Source: Candidatus Omnitrophota bacterium (GTDB taxonomy: Bacteria > Omnitrophota > Gorgyraeia > 2-01-FULL-45-10). From it: a stretch of 64,000 bases of DNA. The translations under genes and the position numbers were made by a program. The stretch spans positions 5,849 to 69,848 of the forward strand of contig JAPLME010000012.1 of assembly GCA_026387175.1 (NCBI GenBank), given 5' to 3'. The notes beneath the pieces were generated by a model. The model did no database searches. It had not been told where the DNA came from and was given only the letters and a program-made list of their open reading frames with translations. Position 1 is the stretch's first letter; each line of letters begins with the position of its first letter. Positions 51,221 through 61,010 of the stretch are shown here, piece after piece.

Positions 51221-53242
51221 ATGAAAACAGCTACAGAAAAGACGGCCGCCATTGAGATAAAGAACATCGCGCACTCCTACATAATGGGAGAGCATGAGCT
51301 AAAGGTTCTCAAGGGGGTCTCGCTTAAAATTGAGGAAGGGGAGTTTGTCGCAATTGTGGGTCATTCCGGATCCGGGAAATCGACTTTGATGCAGATCATG
51401 GGGTTACTGGATAGGCCCACTTCAGGACAGTATTTCTTATTAGGCCGGGATGTGTCGTGTCTCTCGGATGATGAGGGAGCGGTTCTGCGCTCCAAAACAA
51501 TCGGCTTTGTCTTTCAGGCGTTCAATTTACTGGCTAGAACGAGCGCATTAGATAATGTTATACTTCCAATGGTCTATTCCGGTCAAAAACATCGCGGGGA
51601 ACGTGGACAAGAACTTTTACGCGAAATGGGGCTGGAAGGCCGCACGCAGCATAAACCCAACGAACTTTCCGGCGGCGAGCAGCAGCGGGTGGCTATCGCC
51701 AGGGCGCTTGTCAATAAACCCCGAATCATTCTAGCGGATGAGCCGACCGGAAATGTGGATTCCCGCCAGGCCGACGAAATCTTGCACCGCTTAGTTAATT
51801 TGAATAAACAGGGTATTACCGTCATCATCGTGACTCATGAAACTAGCATCGCCGCTTATACCAGACGAATTATACGGCTCAAAGATGGAGTGATTATTGA
51901 AGACGTACCTAATATTCCAATTCAGGTGGACCGAAAAGAGCAAATCCCTGTAAGCGTTCTGGCTGTGCCTTCCACGATAGCTATTTCGCCTGCAGTTAAA
52001 TTAGAACATCCTGAGCTTAATATGGCCGAACTCAAAGAGCATATTATTACATCTCTTCGGGCTATGGCCGCCAATAAAGTTCGCAGCTTCCTTTCAATGT
52101 TAGGGGTTCTTATCGGAGTTGCCGGAGTCATCGCGGTGATGGCTGTTGGAGCAGGGGCCCAAAAATCCATTCAAGCCCGCATTGCAAGCCTGGGTTCAAA
52201 TGTGATTATGCTGTTTCCCGGTGCACCGAATATGCGGGGTGTCCAGGGCGCTGTGGGTGATTACAGCCGTCTTACTTTGGACGACGTAAAGGCGGTGCGG
52301 AATGCCAGCCTTAACATTGTCGATATTTACGGAGAAGCCGAGGCAAATGTTCGAGTTGTGTATCAGGATAAAAATACCATAGCGGAATTACAGGGAGTTC
52401 CTATTAGCTACGAATCGATCCGTAGCGCCAAGCCTGAGAACGGTAGATTTTTTACTGAAGATGAGGATGTGAGCAGGTCCAGGGTGGTCCTGTTAGGGCA
52501 GACCGTTGTTAATAATCTCTTTGGTGATGAGAACCCGGTAGGAAAGATTGTTAAAATTAACAAAGAAAATTTCAATGTTGTCGGCATCCTTCCGGTCAAA
52601 GGGTTTTCGGGAGGTTTCAGTGATCAGGATAATATGGTCGTCGTACCATTGCAGACAGCCATGAAGCGGGTGCTTAATACAACGTATTTACATGAAATGG
52701 CTATCCAATGCGATTCGTCCGAGTCTATACAGCCCGTTATAGATGATATTGAAGCTATGTTGCGTAAGAGGCATCACTTGGCTAGCGGTAAAGAGAACGA
52801 TTTTACCTTGAGAAACAATGCTCAAATGCAGGCCACGCTATCTGAGACGACCAAAACCTTATCCACCCTTCTGGGAACCGTGGCGATAATTTCACTTTTG
52901 GTCGGAGGGGTCAGCATTATGAACATAATGCTCGTCTCTGTCAATGAACGAACCAGAGAGATCGGATTACGTAAAGCTGTGGGCGCGCCTCGTCGCGCGA
53001 TCTTAATTCAATTTCTGATGGAATCATCGCTACTTTGCGTTTTGGGCGGGATGATGGGTATTTTATTAGGAATTTTAGTTTCTTTTACTATTTCTCAGCT
53101 GGCAGGATGGGTAACTTCTGTTACTATACAATCTATTGTTTTGGCGTTCGCGTTCTCAGTTGGTATAGGCATAGTCTTTGGTTTCTGGCCTGCTTATACG
53201 GCATCCCTTCTATCACCGATCAAAGCTCTGCGTTATGAATAA
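51221..53242 (+). CDS. macB: MacB-type ABC transporter (fused ATPase-permease)
   Basis: GHSGSGKST, LSGGEQQRVAIARAL, DEPTG; NIMLVSVNERTREIGLRKAVGA. Confidence 0.9.
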   Translation: MKTATEKTAAIEIKNIAHSYIMGEHELKVLKGVSLKIEEGEFVAIVGHSGSGKSTLMQIMGLLDRPTSGQYFLLGRDVSCLSDDEGAVLRSKTIGFVFQAFNLLARTSALDNVILPMVYSGQKHRGERGQELLREMGLEGRTQHKPNELSGGEQQRVAIARALVNKPRIILADEPTGNVDSRQADEILHRLVNLNKQGITVIIVTHETSIAAYTRRIIRLKDGVIIEDVPNIPIQVDRKEQIPVSVLAVPSTIAISPAVKLEHPELNMAELKEHIITSLRAMAANKVRSFLSMLGVLIGVAGVIAVMAVGAGAQKSIQARIASLGSNVIMLFPGAPNMRGVQGAVGDYSRLTLDDVKAVRNASLNIVDIYGEAEANVRVVYQDKNTIAELQGVPISYESIRSAKPENGRFFTEDEDVSRSRVVLLGQTVVNNLFGDENPVGKIVKINKENFNVVGILPVKGFSGGFSDQDNMVVVPLQTAMKRVLNTTYLHEMAIQCDSSESIQPVIDDIEAMLRKRHHLASGKENDFTLRNNAQMQATLSETTKTLSTLLGTVAIISLLVGGVSIMNIMLVSVNERTREIGLRKAVGAPRRAILIQFLMESSLLCVLGGMMGILLGILVSFTISQLAGWVTSVTIQSIVLAFAFSVGIGIVFGFWPAYTASLLSPIKALRYE

Positions 53243-53401
53243 TGAGAGATATAAAATAATGCATGCTATTTCAAAAATAAACTAACAATACCGACATATT
53301 CAATATCTTGTAATTGACGTAATTTTAGAGTAAGCTTTATTAAGATCATAGCAATATCAAGACTATCATCTGGGTGATATGAATATTAAGGGAGGGTTAA
53401 G

Positions 53402-54289
53402 ATGCTTAGGCGAGCAGGCACAGCAATAAGCAGGGTATTAATCATAGTAATGCTGTCTTTAGTTGTTTGCAATAGTTACGCCCAAACTGCTGAAGAAGAG
53501 GCCCTGAAAAAAGGTGTAGACCTTATCCGTCACGACAAATTTGATGAGGCGATAGCAGAATTTAATAATGTCATAACGGTTAATCCTAAATCCACCAGTG
53601 CGCATTACAACTTGGGATTTGCCTATGACAAAAAAGGCGATCTGGACAAGGCCATTCTCAGTTTCAGTAAAGCGGTAGAGATAGACCCCACCCTTGCGGA
53701 TGCTTACTATAACCGCGGTTTCGCCTACTATAAAAAAGGCGCTTTTGACAATGCAATTACCGACTATAATAAAGTCATTGAAATCAGCCCTTCTTCCGCT
53801 GATGCTTATTATGGCCTAGGGCTAGTCTATTCCCACAAAGGCGATCTGAATAAAGCTATCGTCAATTATACCAAAGCGATAGAGATAAGGCCTAATTTTG
53901 CGCTGGCGTATGATGCGCGAGCAGTCGCATATGTTACGAAAAATAACTATATCGGTGCCATGGCGGATGTGAATAAAGCGCAGTCATTAGGATTCAGGTC
54001 GCGTCCCCTCAAGAGGGCGCCGGCCGATTTGACCAATACCGAGAAAAGCCCTGCAAATCTGCCTGCTAGCGAACCAAAGCAGGGAGGACAGATGCAGGCA
54101 CTGGCGCTAAAGACGACAGGATTTATTTTTCTATTGGTTTCCTTTTTGCACTTATTGAGGCTTATCTTTAAGATAAAGGTGATGGTAGGAAAATTTACAG
54201 TTCCGGTATGGTTTAGCGCAGCAGGGTTTATAATTCCGCTGCTTCTGTCATTCTGGATATTCAAATCGTTGAATTTGACTGCCCGATAA
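53402..54289 (+). CDS. TPR-repeat protein with signal peptide and C-terminal TM hairpin
   Basis: Repeated AYYNxGxAYxKKG TPR units. Confidence 0.85.
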   Translation: MLRRAGTAISRVLIIVMLSLVVCNSYAQTAEEEALKKGVDLIRHDKFDEAIAEFNNVITVNPKSTSAHYNLGFAYDKKGDLDKAILSFSKAVEIDPTLADAYYNRGFAYYKKGAFDNAITDYNKVIEISPSSADAYYGLGLVYSHKGDLNKAIVNYTKAIEIRPNFALAYDARAVAYVTKNNYIGAMADVNKAQSLGFRSRPLKRAPADLTNTEKSPANLPASEPKQGGQMQALALKTTGFIFLLVSFLHLLRLIFKIKVMVGKFTVPVWFSAAGFIIPLLLSFWIFKSLNLTAR

Positions 54290-54370
54290 AAGGAAGGTCT
54301 GTGCCGTCGTCGTCTCATCTTAAAATTGATGCTGTTGCGGATGGTAAGTGGAGCGATAAAGGAGAAAAGA

Positions 54371-55114
54371 ATGAAGAAGAACCTGGTTTTGAGCGGTATA
54401 TTAGTTTCAGTATTTTTAGTTGCGCATAACGCCTATGCCCAGGAACCCGCAATCGATTATAAACAGCTGATAGCTAAATGCGGCGAGGCAATTAAACAGG
54501 CAAAATCATACAGTGTTAAAATGGAAATTAAGAGCTCCTTTACAATCAACTCACAGAAAAATAAAGGCAATTCCGCAGAGTTAAATATAGCTTTTATAAG
54601 CCCGGACAGATTTAAGGCAGCGCAAGTCATAGATGAGGGCACGAGTGAGAAGTTGTGGGACGGCTGGATACTGATAGGTAACGATTATTATGTTCTTAAT
54701 GCGGCTTTCGGCTGGGAAAAGGGAGATGATGATAATCGCAGGACAATGTGCAGGGCCCATTCTCCCGAAGGTATTATAAAACAATTCGAAAGCGTCGAAA
54801 AGGAAGACAAGAGAGATTCCATAAGCTCCGCCGCTAAAGACGGGATAGAATATTTTGTGATCAAATATTCATTCGGCAAAGAAGCAGTTAATATTGAATC
54901 CTTGCCTCCGGAATTAAAAGATAGCAAAGTAAACGGAACATATGAAATCTGGATAAATAAAAATAATTATTTACCGTTAAAACAATTGGAGGAAGTTTCC
55001 TATTATTCAAATGAGCAAAATAAAGGGACCTTCTCAAGGACCATAAACTATTCTTCATATAACGATGATACGATAAAGATCGATGAGCCACAGCTCGGTA
55101 GCAAGGAGTTCTGA
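54371..55114 (+). CDS. Secreted LolA/LppX-fold-like protein
   Basis: Signal peptide; AKSYSVKM, SPDRF, YEIWINKNNYLP, YSSYN..IKI.EP pattern. Confidence 0.55.
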   Translation: MKKNLVLSGILVSVFLVAHNAYAQEPAIDYKQLIAKCGEAIKQAKSYSVKMEIKSSFTINSQKNKGNSAELNIAFISPDRFKAAQVIDEGTSEKLWDGWILIGNDYYVLNAAFGWEKGDDDNRRTMCRAHSPEGIIKQFESVEKEDKRDSISSAAKDGIEYFVIKYSFGKEAVNIESLPPELKDSKVNGTYEIWINKNNYLPLKQLEEVSYYSNEQNKGTFSRTINYSSYNDDTIKIDEPQLGSKEF

Positions 55115-56298
55115 TGATTTTCAGGCTCTCAAAGTTAACATACGCGCTGCTTATCGTTTCCTTGTTTCTCTTCACGGATTCATTCATCATCAAGTCTCAA
55201 GCCGCCGATTCAGCTGAACAAAAAGAAGACGCCGATTCCGCCCCCGACCGACAGCTTCCTCAATTAGCGCCGGGTAAATGGCAGCCATTATTCGAGATGG
55301 GGGAGAATATTTTCCCTTCGGTGGTGATAAGCACCGCGACATTAAAACAAAAGCAATGGGATGACAAGCAGCAGCACATCGGAGACCCATCGGGGACCAT
55401 AGGCATAGCCCTCCGCGGCACCAGAGAGAACTGTCCGGTAAAAGTAGAAATATCGGGCACAGGTTTTATCGGCCCTACTGTCTTTACAGGCACATTGCCT
55501 GAAAAAGATACTGTATATTGTGTCTATCCCGATCTTGATTATGATTATGAAAAACTCCTGTCAGTTAAACAGACTGTCCCTGAAATGTTAATTTTTAAAG
55601 TTACAATAGACGGAAAACAAGACTCCGAAAAAGCAGTGAGAGTACAGGTCCGCCCGGTAAATGAATGCGTTTTCTATTTTGCCGACTCCATGGGAAATTC
55701 ACACGACACCTCCTTCATCTTCGCCGCGTATGTTAATGAAAACCATCCTTTCATAAACCAGGTATTAAAAGAAGCCCTCGCCTCAAAAATGGTGGATAGC
55801 TTCGAAGGATACTCGGGTGACGAAGAAAGCGTGAAGAAGGAAATCGAGGCCGTCTGGGAAACGCTCAAAAATAAAGGCATGCATTACACAACTATGTCCG
55901 CCGGCACGGAAGATTTCGATCCCTATCTAGGCACTCAATATGTCAGGCTATTGGGGGAAAGCATTAATTATACCCAGAGTAACTGTGTTGACGGCTCTGT
56001 CCTTATGGCGTCGATATTTCGCAAGATCGGCCTTAACGTCAGTTTAATAGAAATTCCCGAACATATGTTTATAGGGGTAAGCCTGGACCGGGAAGGGAAA
56101 GATAATATTTATATCGAGACGACCACGCTAGCTAGCGATACCCTGGATGAGGCCATAGAGGACGGAAATAAAGAGTATATGGAAAACAAGGAGAAGCTTG
56201 AATCGGAAAAAGAGGAAGAGCCGGAATATAATATTATTAACATCCAGGATGCCCGCATGCTGGGTATTATGCCGATAAAAGATTCGTCGGCAGATTAA
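55114..56298 (+). CDS. Secreted transglutaminase-like protein
   Basis: QYVRL, NCVDGS, PEHMFIG, IETT suggest a Cys-His-acid triad. Confidence 0.6.
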   Translation: MIFRLSKLTYALLIVSLFLFTDSFIIKSQAADSAEQKEDADSAPDRQLPQLAPGKWQPLFEMGENIFPSVVISTATLKQKQWDDKQQHIGDPSGTIGIALRGTRENCPVKVEISGTGFIGPTVFTGTLPEKDTVYCVYPDLDYDYEKLLSVKQTVPEMLIFKVTIDGKQDSEKAVRVQVRPVNECVFYFADSMGNSHDTSFIFAAYVNENHPFINQVLKEALASKMVDSFEGYSGDEESVKKEIEAVWETLKNKGMHYTTMSAGTEDFDPYLGTQYVRLLGESINYTQSNCVDGSVLMASIFRKIGLNVSLIEIPEHMFIGVSLDREGKDNIYIETTTLASDTLDEAIEDGNKEYMENKEKLESEKEEEPEYNIINIQDARMLGIMPIKDSSAD

Positions 56299-56429
56299 AG
56301 ACTCGACATTATTCCGGATCCTGTTTGTATTTACCACACTATTTTTAGGGGGCGGAATTCTTTTATACCTGATAATGTGGCTGGTCGTCCCCAGGAAGCC
56401 GAATGAGCTTAAAGAGGGAGAGTGATCGC

Positions 56430-56771
56430 ATGAAGAAGGTAATGGCTGTGGTCCTCGCTATTTTATTGATGCTGGCGGATATTCAAATAGCCATTGCATT
56501 CATGCCCAATCCAGAAGCGCTCAAGGACAGCAAGCCGGAGGCGCTATCTATAGTGGACCAATTATACTTGAGGTACGACACGATCGATCTAAATAGCCTT
56601 ACCAAAATAAAGATTTTAGTCAATAGGCTTACCAATAGAGTCGAGTATGTATTCAATAACGGCTATAAGCGTTATATTAGGCCTAAATTTGTTATGCCCG
56701 ATGCCCAAGCCTTATACGATAAGACGTGCGCGGGGAAAATAGGGAACGATCCAGAAAGTGACACCCCATAG
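56430..56771 (+). CDS. Hypothetical secreted protein whose C-terminus runs into a REP-like repeat
   Basis: MKKVMAVVLAILL signal; last codons (GKIGNDPESDTP) are encoded by repeat GGGGAAAATAGGGAACGATCCAGAAAGTGACACCCC. Confidence 0.6.
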   Translation: MKKVMAVVLAILLMLADIQIAIAFMPNPEALKDSKPEALSIVDQLYLRYDTIDLNSLTKIKILVNRLTNRVEYVFNNGYKRYIRPKFVMPDAQALYDKTCAGKIGNDPESDTP

Positions 56772-56852
56772 AGGAAAACAGGGATACCCTATTTGTATTT
56801 TGAGACTTTGTAATGTACACTATCCTTAATATCGAATGAAAAAGGAGCATTT

Positions 56853-58523
56853 TTGGCACAAATAGAGCATAAAGCCAATATTTTGGTCGTAGATGATGAC
56901 AGGGGTTTTTGGGAAGTAGTCGCTGAAGGATTGGAAGCCAGGGATTATCGTGTTGTTGCCGCCATGAGCGGAGAAGAGTGTATCGAGAAGATCAAGTCCG
57001 ACACATTTCATGTTATCCTCCTTGACCTGCAGATGCCCGGGATGAATGGCATTCAAACCCTCGAAGAGATACGTAAGATGAACCCGGAGATCGAGGTGCT
57101 GATGGTTACCGGGCATGGCGATATAACTACTGCCACCGAGGCCCTTAAGAAGGGAGCGAGCGACTTTATCGAGAAGCCGGTATCCGTAGAAAGGCTGATC
57201 GGCATAATTGAGAAGATCCGCCAGCAGAGCATGCTCAAAGAGACCGTTTTACTTTACGAATTGAGCCAAGCCATATTCTCGACCATCGAGCTCGATAAGC
57301 TGCTCAAGATAATTATTGACCTGACTATGAGGTTGTTGCGGGCGGATGATGCTTCGATAATGCTATTTAATGAAAAGAAAGAGCTCTATATAGCGATTTC
57401 GAGCGGCCTGGACCTGGATGTGCAGAAGCAGACGCGGCTGGCTATCGGCGAGCGGATCGCTGGGTGGGCCGTCCAGAGCAAGGAGCCATTGATCCTTATA
57501 AATGGGTTGCGTAACGATCCCCGTTTCAGTGACTTCAGAGGCCGCAGCGAGATACAGTCGTCGATGATCGTGCCGCTATTGAAGAACAATGAGGCGATCG
57601 GCGTCCTCAACGCCAACAGGATCAAGGTCGCCGATAATTTTACGAAGAACGATATCTATAAGGGCAAAATATTTATTTCGCTGGTTAGCCTGGCACTCGA
57701 TAACGCAAATCTTTATAACAACCTTAAGAATACTCGAGAAAGGCTGGAAAGGTCGAATGAAGAGATTCGCGCGAGCCAGGCGGTCGCCATGGAACGGTTG
57801 GCTGAGATAGAGAAGGCGCATGTGGAGCTGGAGACAACACATCAGCGGTTGGTGCAGAGTGAGAAGCTCAGCTTGCTGGGCAAACTTGTTTCCGAGGTAG
57901 CCCATGAGGTGCTGAACCCGCTCATGGTCATTTCCGGGAATGCTCAGCTTATCCTGGCAAGGGGAGCGCAGTCCGAAGAGACAGCTAAGGGCCTGACCGT
58001 CATCGTCGAGCAAACTATGCGGGCTAAGGATATACTGCAGCGGCTGCTCAGGACCGCCCGAACGGTTAAAAGCGACCTGCAGGAGACGGATATCAGAAAG
58101 GTAGTAGAGTCGGTGGTGGGCCTTCTCGAGGATCAATTTGCAAAATGCGGTGTTGCGATACGGCGGTCATATGAGGAGGATCTGCCATTTGTTAACGCAG
58201 ACGCGAAGCAGCTAGAGGAAGTTTGCATGAACATCTTTAACAATGCGCGTGACGCAATGTCGGGAGGCGGCACTATAGAAATAAAGGCAGTTTGTGAAGG
58301 CGATTTCGTGCGTGTTGATTTTAAGGATAGCGGGTGCGGAATGCCGAATGAGATTAAGGCGCGGATCTTCGAACCGTTCCTGACGACTAAAAAGAAAGGC
58401 ACGGGGTTGGGGCTTTCTGTCTGTTATGAGATCATCAAAGCTCACAAAGGAGAGCTGATGGTCGAAAGCAGCCCTGGGGCAGGGACGGTCGTATCTTTTC
58501 GTCTGCCGCGTGCGAAAGCATAA
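56853..58523 (+). CDS. Hybrid sensor kinase REC-GAF-HisKA-HATPase
   Basis: ILVVDDD, DLQMPG, KP; GAF domain; VAHEVLNPL; NARDA, DSGCG, FEPF, GTGLGL. Confidence 0.92.
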   Translation: MAQIEHKANILVVDDDRGFWEVVAEGLEARDYRVVAAMSGEECIEKIKSDTFHVILLDLQMPGMNGIQTLEEIRKMNPEIEVLMVTGHGDITTATEALKKGASDFIEKPVSVERLIGIIEKIRQQSMLKETVLLYELSQAIFSTIELDKLLKIIIDLTMRLLRADDASIMLFNEKKELYIAISSGLDLDVQKQTRLAIGERIAGWAVQSKEPLILINGLRNDPRFSDFRGRSEIQSSMIVPLLKNNEAIGVLNANRIKVADNFTKNDIYKGKIFISLVSLALDNANLYNNLKNTRERLERSNEEIRASQAVAMERLAEIEKAHVELETTHQRLVQSEKLSLLGKLVSEVAHEVLNPLMVISGNAQLILARGAQSEETAKGLTVIVEQTMRAKDILQRLLRTARTVKSDLQETDIRKVVESVVGLLEDQFAKCGVAIRRSYEEDLPFVNADAKQLEEVCMNIFNNARDAMSGGGTIEIKAVCEGDFVRVDFKDSGCGMPNEIKARIFEPFLTTKKKGTGLGLSVCYEIIKAHKGELMVESSPGAGTVVSFRLPRAKA

Positions 58524-58534
58524 GGAGGTGTCTT

Positions 58535-58927
58535 ATTGATACTATAATGATAGTGGATGACGATATTATGATCTGCGAGATGCTCGAAAAATTTTTCGTA
58601 AAATCGGGGTTTGAAGTGCTGCTCGCCTATGGCGGAAATGAAGCTATCGGCATCTTACGGCAAGGGGTCATGCCGGGACTCGTTATACTGGATATGAAAA
58701 TGCCGTCGGGGAGCGGCCTGGATGTGCTGCATGAGATACATCGGATGGGGATTGTTCTCCCCGTTATCCTATTGACCGGTACGATCGACGCCGAAAAATA
58801 TTCTGACACGTTCAAAAAGCTCAAATTTCCGAAAGAGAATATCTGTTATAAGCCGATCGAACTCTCAATTCTTCTGAATATGGTCAAGAAGCGATTGTCT
58901 TTATCGCACGAAAGTTCGAAAGAATGA
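58535..58927 (+). CDS. Single-domain response regulator
   Basis: IVDDD, DMKMP, LTG, KP; SD AAGGAGG best positions an ATT at 58535 (first ATG at 58547). Confidence 0.85.
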   Translation: MDTIMIVDDDIMICEMLEKFFVKSGFEVLLAYGGNEAIGILRQGVMPGLVILDMKMPSGSGLDVLHEIHRMGIVLPVILLTGTIDAEKYSDTFKKLKFPKENICYKPIELSILLNMVKKRLSLSHESSKE

Positions 58928-59253
58928 CGCCTACCGCAACGATCCTGATTGCTTATGGCGAGCCTGGTATACCATCCTGTTGACCATAATCTTTTATCTG
59001 TTTCAGGGAAAATAGAACGAGGCCCAATAATGTCCGTCTATGAGTGCAATATTTGCGGCTGCCGATTTGAAATAGAAGACAATTAAGTTTAAAATGTTAG
59101 GCACACAAAAGCAAGCTTCCAAGCCTTGCCTAGTGTGATATTATAGGGTACACTTAAGTATGTGTCAGTTTGGTCTATCCAGCGAGAGGGGTATTTTTTT
59201 GTGCACTTTGTAAAAATATTTAATAACAGATCATTAATACAAAGGAGGAAAAT

Positions 59254-59358
59254 ATGAAATGCACATGTTGCGGCAAGCGTATAGATGAGGTTGATTGTTC
59301 ATGCAAAATGTGTACAATGTGCGGATGGGAACTTCCTGCGGAGGAGACGGAACGATAA
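59254..59358 (+). CDS. 34-aa Cys-rich zinc-ribbon-like peptide
   Basis: SD AAAGGAGG then MKCTCCGKRIDEVDCSCKMCTMCGWELPAEETER*; not in ORF track. Confidence 0.65.
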   Translation: MKCTCCGKRIDEVDCSCKMCTMCGWELPAEETER

Positions 59359-59415
59359 CGAAAGTTATCAGGTCACGCGCCATTGTATTTCACTCAAAAA
59401 TGTGGTATACTTTAA

Positions 59416-59521
59416 GTGAGGCTAAGGGAGAAAGGATTTAGATAGTAACCCATAAGCCTCACAAGGTTTCACCCATCTACCAAACATATCAGAAGCGGAA
59501 AAGGTAGATGGGTTTTATTTT
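59416..59521 (+). ncRNA. Candidate small RNA
   Basis: Promoter TTGTAT-17-TATACT (59383-59411); hairpin GTGAGGCT/AGCCTCAC; terminator ACCCATCTACC/GGTAGATGGGT plus T-tract. Confidence 0.5.
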
Positions 59522-59598
59522 GCCTTTTCAGGATGGCCCTCTAAATGCCCACTTTTCCAAAATCTATGCTATAATCATAAAAGTTACTGAAATTATAT

Positions 59599-60237
59599 AT
59601 GAAAAGACTTATAGCCATATTTTTATTTGCCATACTTAGTTTGACTTTCGCATCCGAATCCTGGGCGATTTCCTGGGAACACGATTTAACGGACGCATTT
59701 GAAAAGGCAAAGACTGAAAAGAAGCCTGTCATGGCTGACTTTTACACCGACTGGTGTCACTGGTGTAAAAAACTCGATAAAGATGTTTATGAAGACGCGA
59801 GTGTGAATCAGTTGGCTGAAAAATTCATATGTGTTAAGGTGAATTGCGAGATTGATAAAGGCGCATTTTCGAAATATGGATTAAGAGGATACCCCACGAT
59901 CATCTTCTTTAACGCTTCCGGCACCGCGGAAGAGACCGTTGTAGGATACAGAACCGCGCAGGTCTTTGCCGACATCATGAAGAAAGTCCTCGACAAAGCT
60001 CCAAAATCGAGCGTAACCCCGCAGCGGTCGCGGCCGGCTAATGAGCCTGTCATTATTGAGGAAAAAATTGCCCCGGGCGAATTTAAGCTGTCAGGGATCA
60101 TGGGATCGAAAGCAATCGTTAATGACAAGGTTGTAGTTATAGGAGATGAAGTAGATGATGCGAAGGTTATTGCCCTTACAGGAAGCTCTGTAAAGTTACG
60201 ATATAAAGATAAAGAGCTGACGCTAAAAATGCAATAA
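59599..60237 (+). CDS. Exported thioredoxin-family protein with C-terminal GspC/PilP-like domain
   Basis: Signal peptide, FYTDWCHWCK, GYPT; C-terminal FKLSGIM..AIVND....IGD. Confidence 0.85.
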   Translation: MKRLIAIFLFAILSLTFASESWAISWEHDLTDAFEKAKTEKKPVMADFYTDWCHWCKKLDKDVYEDASVNQLAEKFICVKVNCEIDKGAFSKYGLRGYPTIIFFNASGTAEETVVGYRTAQVFADIMKKVLDKAPKSSVTPQRSRPANEPVIIEEKIAPGEFKLSGIMGSKAIVNDKVVVIGDEVDDAKVIALTGSSVKLRYKDKELTLKMQ

Positions 60238-60252
60238 AAAGGCGAGCCATGT

Positions 60253-60939
60253 ATGAATGATAAAAAAATAAAGTTATCCGGTTTTATAATGACTTTTATT
60301 TTATGCATGGTAGTGTCAAGTTCGATATCGGCCGGCGAGACAATAAAGTCGGACGAGGCGTTGAAATTACTTAAGGAAGGAAACGCGCGTTTCGTCGAAA
60401 TGAAATTACGCCACCCGGATGAGACTATCAAGCAGAGAGAAGAGACCGCCGTGAATGGACAAAGGCCGTTTGCGGCCGTTCTTGCTTGTTCAGATTCACG
60501 CGTTCCGGTAGAAGCTATATTCGATCGCGGCATAGGTGATATTTTTGTTGTCCGCGTAGCGGGGAATATAGTCATGGATAACGGCGTAATAGGCTCTATC
60601 GAATATGCCGCGAAACATCTCAAATCACCGCTATTAGTTATTATGGGGCATACAGGATGCGGAGCGGTTAAGGCCGCGGTAGATGATTCTGCCGTAGAGG
60701 GAAAGATCTGCGATATTCAGGAACAGATCAGGCCCATCGCGGTAAAGACAGAAAAAGAGCACCCTGGTCTAGCTGGCCCCGACCTGGTAAACGCTGTAGC
60801 GAAGAATAACGCTCTCCAGGCAAAGAGGGATCTTTTATCCCTGAGCCATGAAGTCAAGGAAATGGTAGATGAGGGAAAGTTAAGAATAGTGACCGCCGTG
60901 TATGATATCAAGACCGGCAAAGTGGAATGGATCGATTAA
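60253..60939 (+). CDS. Exported beta-class carbonic anhydrase
   Basis: LKEGNARF, ACSDSRVP, RVAGN, GHTGCGAV. Confidence 0.93.
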   Translation: MNDKKIKLSGFIMTFILCMVVSSSISAGETIKSDEALKLLKEGNARFVEMKLRHPDETIKQREETAVNGQRPFAAVLACSDSRVPVEAIFDRGIGDIFVVRVAGNIVMDNGVIGSIEYAAKHLKSPLLVIMGHTGCGAVKAAVDDSAVEGKICDIQEQIRPIAVKTEKEHPGLAGPDLVNAVAKNNALQAKRDLLSLSHEVKEMVDEGKLRIVTAVYDIKTGKVEWID

Positions 60940-61010
60940 TTCTCTCCGAATAACAGGCCGGAATAAAAATCTTCATTGCCTACCGATGGAATGAGATGTA
61001 TAATGCTTTC

